From an uncultured virus (IMG/VR IMGVR_UViG_3300009688_000445) (taxonomy: Duplodnaviria; Heunggongvirae; Uroviricota; Caudoviricetes), in IMG/VR virus record IMGVR_UViG_3300009688_000445: 64,000 nt of DNA, one strand, 5' to 3'. The notes beneath the pieces were generated by a model. It ran no database searches, was not told the DNA's origin, and saw only the letters and a list, made by a program, of their open reading frames with translations. This document shows, piece after piece, positions 19,639 through 30,212 of the stretch. Made by a program: the position numbers and the translations under genes. Each line of letters opens with the position of its first letter. The stretch's first letter is position 1.

Positions 19639-22538
19639 TATCTAGATTCCCCAGCTAACCAAGCTTCTTGAAAAACTTCAGCATACTTATCTAGCATCTC
19701 TTGATGTGTTGTCATTCCTTTTTTAATTATTTGGGTATTAGTAGAATAATATCTTCTTAATTCTGGATTAAGTATCATAGAAACCATTTCAATCATAAGT
19801 GCATTAGAATTTGATAATGGATAATACTTTCCATTTACTTTATTGAATATCTGTTCTTGTACACCCATTGTTGGAACAGTTATTACAGGAAGATCGAAAT
19901 GCATAGCTTCTAATATAACCCTAGGGAAACTTTCTAGTTTACTTGTTAAAATAAAGCAATCTGCTGCTTCATATAATTCTTGAACACAAGAAGTTTCTTG
20001 TAACATAATTATATTATCTCTTTTTTCTTTTGGAAACTTTGAAATGAGATCATGCAGCATAGAACTATACCCAGAAGGTCTATCTCCTGCAATAATAATT
20101 TTATATTTATTAGAATAGATATTTGGTAGTTCACTTATTGCTAACAGTAGATCTAGTTGATTTTTTCTATCGCAGACTGTACCAACAGATAAAAATACTA
20201 CTTGATCGTCTGTTATATTATATTTTTCTCTAGTTTTTTGTCTATTATTCGATTCGGAAAATCTAGAGGTATTAATACCATTATGTATTACAGTAAAATT
20301 ATTTTTTGCTTCTAGCTGAAGACATCTGTGTTTAGTAGAATTTGCAACAAAAACAACTTTGTAAGGATAGTAAAAACAATTTAAGGCTCGTTGTTGAATA
20401 TCTTCACCAAAATGTGTATAATATGTAAAGATTGGTTCGCTTTCTCTATTCCAAATAGAAGGTATATTTAATTGTTTTGCTACATCTATACCATAAAACA
20501 TCTGCAGCGTATTTGCATAAATAATTTCTGGATTTATTTGTTTAATTAAACTCTTAAGATTCTCAAGTCCTTCTAAATACTCTTTTATAAAAAATCCTCT
20601 TGATAGCGGAGAAGGTTTAATAACTACTTCTATACCTTCTCGTTCGTATTCTTTTCTAAGAGGTCCATCTTGAAAGCAATATATTACAGGATCCAGTATT
20701 TGTTTTCTTTTTAAACCAGAAATCATTTCAAAGTTACTATAGCTAGATCCTTCTAAATTAAGATTATATGCAAATCCTAATGTTTTAATTGCATAAGGTA
20801 TTTTAGAAGTATTTACAATAGAAGATTCTATGCTAAATGTTGTATCTTTAAACGATAGATTTGCATTATAATGTTTATCTTTATAATCTTTATATAAAAG
20901 ACGATATGTAAATTCATTTCGTATATCATCTCGACTATACTTTTCTACTCTTCGTGTAAAATTTTCATGATGAAATAAGATAGAATTAGCACTATAGACG
21001 ATTCTATATCCAAGTTTTTCTATTCTATGGCAGTAATCTGGATCATTATACCCTACACTAAAGTTTTTTTCATCAAATCCACATACTTGCTTAAATAAAT
21101 CCGTTTTAGTTAGCATACAAGCAGCAGTTACCGCTGAACATTCTCTAGATAATCTTTCAAATGCCATATACGTCCCATGATTTGATTTCATCATTTTAAA
21201 TGCTGGTTCTACTCTACCATTATTATACCCATGAACTAATCCAGCATGTTGAATTAAACCATTAGGAAAAATTAATCTTGCACCCACTGCTCCTACATCT
21301 TGTACATTAAGATAACCTACCATTTGATTAAGCCATTGTGGTGCAAGAATTTCTGTATCATTGTTTAAAAATAATACATAAGGTGTTTTAACGTGTTTAA
21401 TAGCTTCATTATTTATTTTAGAAAAATTAAATTTTTCTTCACCGTTCGAAATTTTAATAACTCTGCAAGGCAAGTTATCTAAATAATCTAAACTTTTTGG
21501 GTCATTGCTATCATTATCTATAACTAATATCTCATAATTAGAATATTGAGTTTTTTCGATAATGGATTTAATGCATCTATCCAAAATGGTATGTTGATTA
21601 AAAGTTGGTATTACAATAGTAACAGCAGGTCCAGAAGAAGGAAAATGCAACTCATAGTAACCGCAGTTCCATTCTACCGCCCATTTTGGTCTAGAAACAC
21701 TTGCTTGAATATTTCTTCTTTGTAATGCTTCTATTATAGCATTTTGTCCTGCAATAAAACTTTCTGGTTTTGCTTGCGCAGTTTTTGCAGTCGATCCATC
21801 TACTGCTTTCCAATGATATAGAATTTTTGGAATATGATAAATATTTTTTGTTACTTCTGATAATCTTAATAGTAAATCGAAATCCTGTGATCCATCAAAT
21901 TCTTTTCTAAAACCTGTAAATTGTCTAAAAAAAGAAGTTCTTATTACTAGAAGATGCCCTATATACATGTAACTAAGAAGTAATTCTGGGTTCCAATCGG
22001 GTTTAAATTGCGGTTCATATCTAACACCTGAAACAGATATTTTATCATCATCAGAATATATAATATCTGCAGTATTATGTGTGTTTAATTCTATTATATT
22101 TTCTGCTAAAGCGTCTGGTGATAAGATATCATCATTATCAACAAAAGCAATAAATTCACCGCTAGCTAGCGTAATTGCGGTATTAGTACATTCTGAAATT
22201 CCTGAATTCTTTGAAGTCTTAGTTATTTTTATTTTTACATTAAATTGTAATTCATTAAGGAATTCTATTAAATCTGTATTTGTGCTGCAATCGTCACAAA
22301 TACATAGTTCCCAATTATCATACACCTGTTCATAAATACTTTGTAATGTCTGTTTAAAAATAGAAACATTTACATTGTATACAGGCATTATAATACTAAT
22401 TAAAGGTTGATATGATAAAGATTTAAGAGTGTGTATTAACTGCTGTTCTTTTCTTGAATTCCATTTATTAACTTGGAGCCAAGAGGTATACTTGTCTTCT
22501 TGTGCAAGAAGATGGAGTTGCAATGGTCTAGATTTCAT
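19638..22538 (-). CDS. Multidomain glycosyltransferase (GT2-GT2-GT4)
   Basis: ISIIMPVYN..DNDD..GSQDFD; second domain VIPTFN..FLNNDTE..SAVTAAC..NDPDYC; C-terminal ESFPRVILEAM. Confidence 0.9.
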   Translation of the reverse strand: MKSRPLQLHLLAQEDKYTSWLQVNKWNSRKEQQLIHTLKSLSYQPLISIIMPVYNVNVSIFKQTLQSIYEQVYDNWELCICDDCSTNTDLIEFLNELQFNVKIKITKTSKNSGISECTNTAITLASGEFIAFVDNDDILSPDALAENIIELNTHNTADIIYSDDDKISVSGVRYEPQFKPDWNPELLLSYMYIGHLLVIRTSFFRQFTGFRKEFDGSQDFDLLLRLSEVTKNIYHIPKILYHWKAVDGSTAKTAQAKPESFIAGQNAIIEALQRRNIQASVSRPKWAVEWNCGYYELHFPSSGPAVTIVIPTFNQHTILDRCIKSIIEKTQYSNYEILVIDNDSNDPKSLDYLDNLPCRVIKISNGEEKFNFSKINNEAIKHVKTPYVLFLNNDTEILAPQWLNQMVGYLNVQDVGAVGARLIFPNGLIQHAGLVHGYNNGRVEPAFKMMKSNHGTYMAFERLSRECSAVTAACMLTKTDLFKQVCGFDEKNFSVGYNDPDYCHRIEKLGYRIVYSANSILFHHENFTRRVEKYSRDDIRNEFTYRLLYKDYKDKHYNANLSFKDTTFSIESSIVNTSKIPYAIKTLGFAYNLNLEGSSYSNFEMISGLKRKQILDPVIYCFQDGPLRKEYEREGIEVVIKPSPLSRGFFIKEYLEGLENLKSLIKQINPEIIYANTLQMFYGIDVAKQLNIPSIWNRESEPIFTYYTHFGEDIQQRALNCFYYPYKVVFVANSTKHRCLQLEAKNNFTVIHNGINTSRFSESNNRQKTREKYNITDDQVVFLSVGTVCDRKNQLDLLLAISELPNIYSNKYKIIIAGDRPSGYSSMLHDLISKFPKEKRDNIIMLQETSCVQELYEAADCFILTSKLESFPRVILEAMHFDLPVITVPTMGVQEQIFNKVNGKYYPLSNSNALMIEMVSMILNPELRRYYSTNTQIIKKGMTTHQEMLDKYAEVFQEAWLAGESR

Positions 22539-23776
22539 TTCATCTCTTCTAATAGCGTTAGTTTAAGAGGCTTTAATATAGAATCCCAATTATATTGAGA
22601 ATATAATAGTTCATGTTCTGCGGAAATATCTATATGTAATAGATTAGAAAAAGCTTTTATATCTTCCAATTCTTCACGAATAAAATCACCACCTACAATT
22701 TCATAAATAAGTCTATCATCTAAATATTTAGATTCTTCTAAAATAGGTGAATTATTAGTAATAATTACTGGCATTCCGTATGACATCACTTCAAAAATTC
22801 TTGCTCGATGAGAATATCTATTTTCTAGCCAATGTTGAGATAGACAGATACAAGCATCGTATTTTTCAAATAATTTTCTAGGATCTAATGAATTATATTC
22901 ACCTATTATTTTCATATTAGAAGATGTATTTATATAATCCAAGTTTACCGATTTTTGTAGAAATCTAGTAAATCTTGGATGCTGTATTCCATAAAAGTCT
23001 ATTTTTATAGATGAATGATTATAAAGATTTGTAATTAAATTCTCGAAATCATACCATGGATAAAATGGTCCATACCATAATAATTTTAATTTATCAGAAT
23101 GCTCTCTAGTTACAGGTTTATGCCAAGTTATACCATAAGGAATCTTAAGTAAAGGTGAATTCTTATAATTATCTACATTAAGTTTATTTAATAAGAATAA
23201 TTGGCCTTCATAATATCTTTTTTGTCTATCATTTGCATATAATATAAGATCTGCTCTTTTTAAAAGTTCAGAATATTGACGTAGTAATGTCAACCATTGA
23301 TATTTTTTTAGTTTTTCATCTGTATGATAGCTAACTGCTGCTGGAAATTCAGCTAATAGTGGTATATAACCATCTAAAATAACTCGAATGTGTGGTCTTA
23401 ATTTTACAATATTCTTAAACCCTATACCACCTGTACACTGTAAAATAACAATATCAAATTTAGAAAGAATATTTTTTAATTCTTTGGAATACTCCCAAGA
23501 ACACTTTTTATAGTTATAAGATTCTATAGAATAAGAAAGTTTACTATAATCAATATTATTTTTACCCGGATGATTTAAATCAGGTATTAATAAAGTTACA
23601 TCAAAATCAGTTGATAGATATTCTGCAAACTTTTGTGCACGAATACCAGTAGCTGCTGCGTTGCAGCATTTAGATTTCGTTGAATAAAGAATTCCATTAA
23701 TATAAATGGAATCTGGGCAGTTTGATGCAAGGGGTAAATTTACAGCATCCGGTGATAGGATACATAGCTTTTTCAT
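22535..23776 (-). CDS. GT-B (GT4-like) glycosyltransferase, paralog of 25983..27221
   Basis: GIRA, LLWYGPFYPWY, ENRYSHRARIFEVMSYGMPVI; collinear similarity with the paralog. Confidence 0.7.
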   Translation of the reverse strand: MKKLCILSPDAVNLPLASNCPDSIYINGILYSTKSKCCNAAATGIRAQKFAEYLSTDFDVTLLIPDLNHPGKNNIDYSKLSYSIESYNYKKCSWEYSKELKNILSKFDIVILQCTGGIGFKNIVKLRPHIRVILDGYIPLLAEFPAAVSYHTDEKLKKYQWLTLLRQYSELLKRADLILYANDRQKRYYEGQLFLLNKLNVDNYKNSPLLKIPYGITWHKPVTREHSDKLKLLWYGPFYPWYDFENLITNLYNHSSIKIDFYGIQHPRFTRFLQKSVNLDYINTSSNMKIIGEYNSLDPRKLFEKYDACICLSQHWLENRYSHRARIFEVMSYGMPVIITNNSPILEESKYLDDRLIYEIVGGDFIREELEDIKAFSNLLHIDISAEHELLYSQYNWDSILKPLKLTLLEEMK

Positions 23777-23810
23777 TTCATTTTTTATAATATAACTTAG
23801 TTAATTTTTT

Positions 23811-25973
23811 CTAAACTAAAAATTCAGAAGTTGAATCATTACAATATACAACTCTATAAATTAATTCTGGTGGTATTACCTCTGAAAATACACTTAATAA
23901 TCTATCCAACTGAAAATCTGGTATATCCTCATTATCTACAGCATATATTATTATAGTAATATAAGTAGCTTTTCTTTGTGCAAGATACTCACTAGATACC
24001 TTAGTATTAGGTAGATTTATAACTTCTGTTGGATGATCAAATGAAGTAAAGGTATATAAAGGAGGTGTTCTCGTAGATGTTGATAGGTTATTATTGCTGA
24101 TATCTACAAATAAATTTGCATGCAATTGGCTAACAAAGGTTAAATTACTATAGTCATATACAGAATTAGATCCTTTATACTTGTATACATTATAAGTTTC
24201 AATTCCATTTACTTCTGGCCACATGATAACATTAAAACCTTGATATCCTGTACTGCTTTCTAATCCCGTACTTGTTGGCCACCAGCGATTATCTATACGT
24301 AGTGTTGTTGCGGAACTTTCTTGGTCACCATTTACTGATGTAACACCATAATAATAGTTATCTCTTTCTAATCCCCATTCTCCTGTAGAACTATTAATTA
24401 CAAAACTCCTACTAGTTTTTTTAGGATCATATAATGAATTATTATAGTAAATTTCATAATGATCAAATTCATCAATATTTTCTTGAAAAGCATCTAATAT
24501 GATATTTAAAGCCTCTCGATATCCACCGTATTCATATGCTAAATAGATAGCTATAGCAATATTTCTGTAAGGTTCTGCTTCTTCTGAAATATCCCTATAA
24601 TATTCTATTAAGGAAGATATTCTTTCTTCGAAAGCCTCAAATCTACTTTCTGTTAAGGATAGATCATCTTTTTGTAAATTAATTTCAGTCCATATATCTG
24701 TATATTCCTTACCTAATGCTGCAAAGAAAGAATATAAATTTACTATATTTATTGTTTGTTTTGTAGATTTTCTAGAAAACCCTATATTTTTATAATCTCT
24801 GGCATGCAATTGTAAATGAGAAGTTCCTTTTGATAAAGAAACACCGAATTCAAAATTACCATAAGAATCTGTAATTACAAACTGATTATGATTACCATTC
24901 AAATAAACATCTACTTTAGCATTACTAATACCTAAATACCCTTTAAAAAGGTATTTACCTTTCAAAGCAGGTATATCAAATTTATTCTTATTATAATAAT
25001 TATGATCTATTAAAACATTTTTAAGATACTTCCAATAAGGTTGCTGCAGATAATCAATAGGAGAATTATCCACCGATCTGAGATAGGGAGATTTATCTTG
25101 TAAGGCTTGTGTAATTATTGGATAAGTAGCATAATTGCTTAGTAGTCTATTTGGATTAACCGCAGCAACATAATATAGATAATTACAATTTCTTTTTGCT
25201 GTGATATCTGTATATGATGTATTTTTTGTGTATCCAAGTAATGAAGGTGTAGTAGAATAATCTACTACATAAATAGCTAAATTTCTAAATCTTGCAGAAT
25301 AATCCTGACTTTGATCAAATACAAAGCTACTTCTATTAGAATCTGTAGCAAAAAATACTCCTTCAATAGATACCTGACCATACCAAATACTTTTCTTTAA
25401 TATATCTATTACATATACATAGCTTTTATAAGTAAAAGCATCGGATACCAAAGCACCTGTAGCTGCATCTAAATATGCATCTGTAGGTACACTCATTTCT
25501 GTTCTATATACCGCATAATTACTTAATTGACTATTTTTAGAATCTGTAGTATCTAATGCATCCCAGGATAAGCTTGTATCATAATTGTCATATCCTACAA
25601 CTAAATTTTCTGGTGTAGATAATAACGTATATACAACTAAATCTGCTGTTCTGGCGGAATGTTCTTGATTAGCTGCAATCGCTTCAACAGAATAAAAGAT
25701 TTTTCTACCAAAATCTTCTTCTGGTACTGTATACGAAAAATAAGTTTTATTTGTGATTAAGTCATTATATGTGCTTATTGTAGAACTTTGATTAGCACTT
25801 TCGTCTACTTTAATATCGCAGCTAATAGAATGCCCACTAGTATCTGTAGATTTAAATAATTCATAACCACCAATATTTGGATCAGTATGAATATCAAATT
25901 CAAAAATAATAGTTTGTACATTATCTTCTACTGTAATAGAAGAAACCGCAAAGTTAGTTATGCTCGCTATCAC
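23811..25973 (-). CDS. Virion structural protein, probable baseplate wedge component with FN3/Ig-like domains
   Basis: FN3-like segments (TPENL..LSW..YAVYR..YYVAAVN); C-terminal 'VIPPELIYRV' resembling wedge gpI-like ends; position near baseplate J. Confidence 0.55.
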   Translation of the reverse strand: MIASITNFAVSSITVEDNVQTIIFEFDIHTDPNIGGYELFKSTDTSGHSISCDIKVDESANQSSTISTYNDLITNKTYFSYTVPEEDFGRKIFYSVEAIAANQEHSARTADLVVYTLLSTPENLVVGYDNYDTSLSWDALDTTDSKNSQLSNYAVYRTEMSVPTDAYLDAATGALVSDAFTYKSYVYVIDILKKSIWYGQVSIEGVFFATDSNRSSFVFDQSQDYSARFRNLAIYVVDYSTTPSLLGYTKNTSYTDITAKRNCNYLYYVAAVNPNRLLSNYATYPIITQALQDKSPYLRSVDNSPIDYLQQPYWKYLKNVLIDHNYYNKNKFDIPALKGKYLFKGYLGISNAKVDVYLNGNHNQFVITDSYGNFEFGVSLSKGTSHLQLHARDYKNIGFSRKSTKQTINIVNLYSFFAALGKEYTDIWTEINLQKDDLSLTESRFEAFEERISSLIEYYRDISEEAEPYRNIAIAIYLAYEYGGYREALNIILDAFQENIDEFDHYEIYYNNSLYDPKKTSRSFVINSSTGEWGLERDNYYYGVTSVNGDQESSATTLRIDNRWWPTSTGLESSTGYQGFNVIMWPEVNGIETYNVYKYKGSNSVYDYSNLTFVSQLHANLFVDISNNNLSTSTRTPPLYTFTSFDHPTEVINLPNTKVSSEYLAQRKATYITIIIYAVDNEDIPDFQLDRLLSVFSEVIPPELIYRVVYCNDSTSEFLV

Positions 25974-25982
25974 TTATATGTC

Positions 25983-27221
25983 CTAAAAATTTTCAATATA
26001 ATCTATTACCGGTAAAAGTGTGTTATTCCAATTAAAAATATTTGTAAAGGTTTCATAAGAATCTTTAGATATCTTACTAGATTTTTTGTTTTCGCATATT
26101 GTTATCAAATTTTCTTTTATACTGGGTATATTTACATTTCTAATATTATCTTTTAAAAAGTCTAATTCTGTATTTAAATTATCTAGATCATTAATAATAA
26201 TAGGGAGTTGATTTGCAAGCATTTCTAATGCTCTAGTTTTATGTACATAAGATTCATATATCCAATTTCTGTTAAGACAAATACCAAAATCATATTCTTC
26301 ATGTGCAGTACCGAGATCAAAATCTATATCATCTATTATTTGTATGTTTGAAATATTGGGTACATTATCAAAAAATGATTTAAAGTAGGTATTAAAAACT
26401 TTGGGCTGCCTAGTGTGCTTAATATTGATAAAATCTATACTAATTTTATCAAAATCTGCTAATTCCTTAATAAGAACTTCAGGACATTCCCAAGGATACA
26501 CTGTTCCATACCATAATAATTTTAAGTTATTGCTTGATATATTAAAATTTGTTTCTGTAAATTCCTTTTTTTCTATACCATATGGAACTTTCAGTAAAGG
26601 TGAAAATTGAAAGGTACTATAATTTAGTTTTCCTATTCCATAAAAAAACCCTTCATAAAAAAATGTTTGTCTTTCATTAGCTACCAGAAGACAATTAGAT
26701 CTAGTAATTAGATCATTATATAACATCATTGCTTTTTGCCAAAAAACTTTTCTAGAAATCATAGAATGTGTTAATAGCTTTCCTGATAATTCCTGTGGTA
26801 GTATGTTATATCCATCTACGATTAAATTTACTGTACTTGGTAATACAGAACAATTTTGTATTCCAGATCCAGAATTACATTGTACAATAACAAAATTAGC
26901 TTTCTTAAGTTTTCTGTCTAATTCTTGTGTCCAGTTCCAAGAAGAAACTCGATAATTATAAGATCCTATTTCAAATTTTATATTACTAAAATCTACAATT
27001 TCTTTTAATTTATCAGGTAATGCTATATCTGGAACTAACAAAAGTACTTCATATTTTTCTGCAAGAACTGAAGCAAATTTCCAAGATCTAATTCCTGCGG
27101 GTTCTGCGTAAGTATATTTACTTTTAAATTCTTTTCTTTCTTGTACAGATAAAGAATCTAAATATTCTTTTTTAATAGGTAATGGTACAACGTCTGATGC
27201 GATTATAACAATCGTTTTCAT
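25983..27221 (-). CDS. GT-B (GT4-like) glycosyltransferase inserted between baseplate genes
   Basis: AGIRSW, ANERQ..FYEG, SPLLKVPYGI, LKLLWYG, ESYVHKTRALEMLANQLPII. Confidence 0.7.
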   Translation of the reverse strand: MKTIVIIASDVVPLPIKKEYLDSLSVQERKEFKSKYTYAEPAGIRSWKFASVLAEKYEVLLLVPDIALPDKLKEIVDFSNIKFEIGSYNYRVSSWNWTQELDRKLKKANFVIVQCNSGSGIQNCSVLPSTVNLIVDGYNILPQELSGKLLTHSMISRKVFWQKAMMLYNDLITRSNCLLVANERQTFFYEGFFYGIGKLNYSTFQFSPLLKVPYGIEKKEFTETNFNISSNNLKLLWYGTVYPWECPEVLIKELADFDKISIDFINIKHTRQPKVFNTYFKSFFDNVPNISNIQIIDDIDFDLGTAHEEYDFGICLNRNWIYESYVHKTRALEMLANQLPIIINDLDNLNTELDFLKDNIRNVNIPSIKENLITICENKKSSKISKDSYETFTNIFNWNNTLLPVIDYIENF

Positions 27222-27259
27222 TTAATTTTTCCTTCATTTATATTTAAATTAATTTATAG

Positions 27260-28723
27260 TTAATAAGTCCATTCTACTAAGGTTACTGTTCCGACTTTAG
27301 GATACTCATTTGAATACATCGGTATATCACCACTAGCTGTGGCCGTTCTTCCATCAGATGCAGTTAATGTAGCAGTAAGTGCATTAATGTTATCTACACC
27401 TGAGGTATTCTTAATAATATCAAGTATCTCGATTAGTTCTATCCTAGAAGATTCAGAACTATCAAAAGAATCTAAATAACTGCCGATATCTAGACTTGCT
27501 GCTGATATTACAGTATTAATATTTACACCCGTATTTACTTTAACTAAAGCGTATACATCTATTCCAATTTCAGATTGTTCTCTAACTAAATAATCTCTAT
27601 TATCATAGGCATTTACATCGGAATTTAAATCACTTTCAACAGTAGTTAAAAGCTTATTATAGTTATATCGTATTTCTATTTCATCATTTGCTTGAAAATA
27701 GCCTAATGCGGCAATACCATCACTATTAAGTTCAACTTTATCACTACTCCTGGTGGATTTTGCTAAAGTTCCTGTATCTTTAGTTAGAGTATAATAATCG
27801 CTATCTACAGTGGTACCATTTTTGATAACCATAGTAATACTATCTACTGGTTGATATGTTAGTATTATACCTGTGCTAGTATATGCACAATCTTCTATAT
27901 AGCCTTCTAATCCTGTGGATGTAATGGTTATAGTATCTGTTACACCTTCTAAAATTTGATCTTTAATATAAATATCTATAGCACCGCCTAATCCTTCGCT
28001 TCTAAGCATTAATGCATCATTAGATCCTACTACTGTGGCTGTGGGTGAATAGCTTTGAACATATAATAATAATCCAGCTGTTGTGCTAAGACTTCTACCT
28101 TTAAATTTAGTTCTAACTTGATTTAATCTATCTGTTAAAGATCCTTCTGCATCGCCGCCAGTTATAGCATCATTATTAATACACCCCTCTATTCCATTAA
28201 TTGAAGAAGTAAGTTGTGTAATGGTTTGGGCACCAATAGACCCATCAGGACCAGCCATATCCGCAATAATATTTACCGTTATTTCGTATCTAGAATTTGT
28301 AGCATTATAATAAGAAGAAATATCCGATACAGGTATTACGTAGTAACCAGAAACAGTATAAGTTTTGGTACCATCAGCATTTTTTCCACCTTTGCTAGAA
28401 TCTATAATTATATCCGCAGCTGGTATGTTATGTGTGTAGAAAGTTAATTCACCAGTAGAATATGTAGCAGGTATAATGCCTACATCATAGTTTCTGCATA
28501 TAACATCTAAATCCTCTGTTAGTAGTTGATCTGCATAAATAAAAGGTGCTTGCAACTTATATAAATATTCTAATGCTGTCCAAATATCTAATAATTGACC
28601 TTCTATAGGTGCTTCTACAAAGGTATCTTTTTCTGGTGTACCATCCGTTAGATCGATATCTATTAATCTATTATAACTAGTTATTAATGATGTTCTAAGA
28701 TCAGTAGCAGTTTTAAAATCCAC
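27260..28723 (-). CDS. Baseplate J-like wedge protein
   Basis: LDVICRNY, A..AG..GSIGAQTIT, NNDAITGG.AE, GGAIDIY; follows the gp25-like gene. GTG start. Confidence 0.85.
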   Translation of the reverse strand: MDFKTATDLRTSLITSYNRLIDIDLTDGTPEKDTFVEAPIEGQLLDIWTALEYLYKLQAPFIYADQLLTEDLDVICRNYDVGIIPATYSTGELTFYTHNIPAADIIIDSSKGGKNADGTKTYTVSGYYVIPVSDISSYYNATNSRYEITVNIIADMAGPDGSIGAQTITQLTSSINGIEGCINNDAITGGDAEGSLTDRLNQVRTKFKGRSLSTTAGLLLYVQSYSPTATVVGSNDALMLRSEGLGGAIDIYIKDQILEGVTDTITITSTGLEGYIEDCAYTSTGIILTYQPVDSITMVIKNGTTVDSDYYTLTKDTGTLAKSTRSSDKVELNSDGIAALGYFQANDEIEIRYNYNKLLTTVESDLNSDVNAYDNRDYLVREQSEIGIDVYALVKVNTGVNINTVISAASLDIGSYLDSFDSSESSRIELIEILDIIKNTSGVDNINALTATLTASDGRTATASGDIPMYSNEYPKVGTVTLVEWTY

Positions 28724-28725
28724 TT

Positions 28726-29160
28726 CTATACCTCTTGAGAAAGATTCAATGTAGTCGTTTGTCCAGTAGCTACCTTTAATTGAATATTAAATCTAATCTT
28801 TTGTGCATTATTTAAATCTTGATAAACACTAAAAACTAGATCTGTAATTACTTCAGACATGGATAAATTATTTCTAGTCTCTTGTAACGTAACGTAATAT
28901 TTAATAGAATCACTTAATTGTAATTCTAACATATCTAATGTAGCTTTTTGTGTAAGATTTTTATATAATTCTACATTATTTATATTAGTCCCATAGCTTG
29001 GATTATATCTCGTATAGGTAGTTTTATTGGAAGATGTCTCTTTATCTGTAACTAAGAATTTTACAAAATCTCTTTTTACCTTATCTATATTCTGTACGAA
29101 AACTAGTCTTTTGTTGCTTAGAACAAAATCACCATTCACAAACTGTAAACCTATTGCCAT
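28726..29160 (-). CDS. gp25/gpW-like baseplate protein (sheath initiator)
   Basis: NGDFVL, YNPSYGT, size and position upstream of baseplate J. Confidence 0.75.
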   Translation of the reverse strand: MAIGLQFVNGDFVLSNKRLVFVQNIDKVKRDFVKFLVTDKETSSNKTTYTRYNPSYGTNINNVELYKNLTQKATLDMLELQLSDSIKYYVTLQETRNNLSMSEVITDLVFSVYQDLNNAQKIRFNIQLKVATGQTTTLNLSQEV

Positions 29161-29178
29161 AGTAGACCTTTTGTTATA

Positions 29179-29206
29179 AAAATAAGAATGCTATAAGAAT
29201 TTTAAG
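29179..29206 (-). promoter_or_regulatory. Putative late promoter CTTAAA-N16-TATTTT
   Basis: Recurring intergenic motif. Confidence 0.45.
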
Positions 29207-29707
29207 TTATAACGCGTCAATCTTAGATTTTAAAGTTGTAATAGAATCCTCTAAATCAGTCATATAGCTTATTTCTTCTTGTAAGCTATTAATAAGATAC
29301 CCTAGATATGCCTGCTCTCTTCTACAGTTATAAAGTTCACGCATACCGGAATCTACACTAGTATCTATTGTTCTTTGAATCATTGTCATATATGCAGAAT
29401 CTAGCACTTCATTTACTGTACGTATATCCTGTTTATATTTTATATATCGTTGATCTAATGCGTTAGTATTAAAATAGTTATCATTTAACGATTCAATTCT
29501 TTTATCTATAATAAGTTTTCTTTGAATTAAATGATTTAATTTTTCTGTATCTGTATATTTAATTTCTATTAAATTGTCTTCAAGTGTATCCAATATAATT
29601 TTAAGATTCTGAGCACCGGTATCTGTATCTGTATCTACAGTAATAGATTGTGCTGCTAATTGTTCTAGATAATCTTGAACATCTTGATCGTTTACTGAAT
29701 ATTGCAT
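29207..29707 (-). CDS. Hypothetical coiled-coil protein in baseplate region
   Basis: ORF with RBS-like upstream sequence; helical composition. Confidence 0.6.
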   Translation of the reverse strand: MQYSVNDQDVQDYLEQLAAQSITVDTDTDTGAQNLKIILDTLEDNLIEIKYTDTEKLNHLIQRKLIIDKRIESLNDNYFNTNALDQRYIKYKQDIRTVNEVLDSAYMTMIQRTIDTSVDSGMRELYNCRREQAYLGYLINSLQEEISYMTDLEDSITTLKSKIDAL

Positions 29708-29738
29708 TGTAAATATATCACTTTCTATAATAAATTAA

Positions 29739-30212
29739 TTATAGCCACATTCTTGCGCCTAGTAATAATTGTCCGCCTTGTATAGTACAACCACACAATA
29801 AATCGTATGTAGCATCTACAAATGAATGAATAATATCATTCCAGTTTTTTCCTTTAAAAGAATTGCATATATTTATAAACTTTTGTTTTTCTCGATCATT
29901 AATGTCTATATTGATATTACCAAATCTAGTCATGAAATGTAAACTATTAATTATTTCTAAAGCAACATTATCTAAATAATCGTATTCATTCTTTTTAATT
30001 ATATCAGACATTTTATCTATAAAAGCTTGCCGTAATTCTAAAGGTGTACGCAATACTACTATACCACCGAAGCTAAATCTCACAGTTAATGAATGTAAAC
30101 AACCTATATAATACGTTGCGAATAAATGAGATAGGTTATCTAAAGAGTTCTCTTTACCTTTATATCTTTTCAAGTTATCTAATATTAATTTATCTATTTT
30201 AGTTTCGTTCAT
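29739..30212 (-). CDS. Hypothetical protein
   Basis: Abuts the upstream gene's stop codon. Confidence 0.6.
   Translation of the reverse strand: MNETKIDKLILDNLKRYKGKENSLDNLSHLFATYYIGCLHSLTVRFSFGGIVVLRTPLELRQAFIDKMSDIIKKNEYDYLDNVALEIINSLHFMTRFGNINIDINDREKQKFINICNSFKGKNWNDIIHSFVDATYDLLCGCTIQGGQLLLGARMWL

Noticed and set aside
3090..23776. Host O-antigen/capsule locus or bacterial eCIS/tailocin
   Set aside because: No membrane assembly or export genes; seamless interleaving with tail genes, similar AT-rich composition, neck genes and homing endonucleases point to a phage. DNA hypermodification is disfavoured (no base-hydroxymethylase or replication genes nearby) but not excluded.
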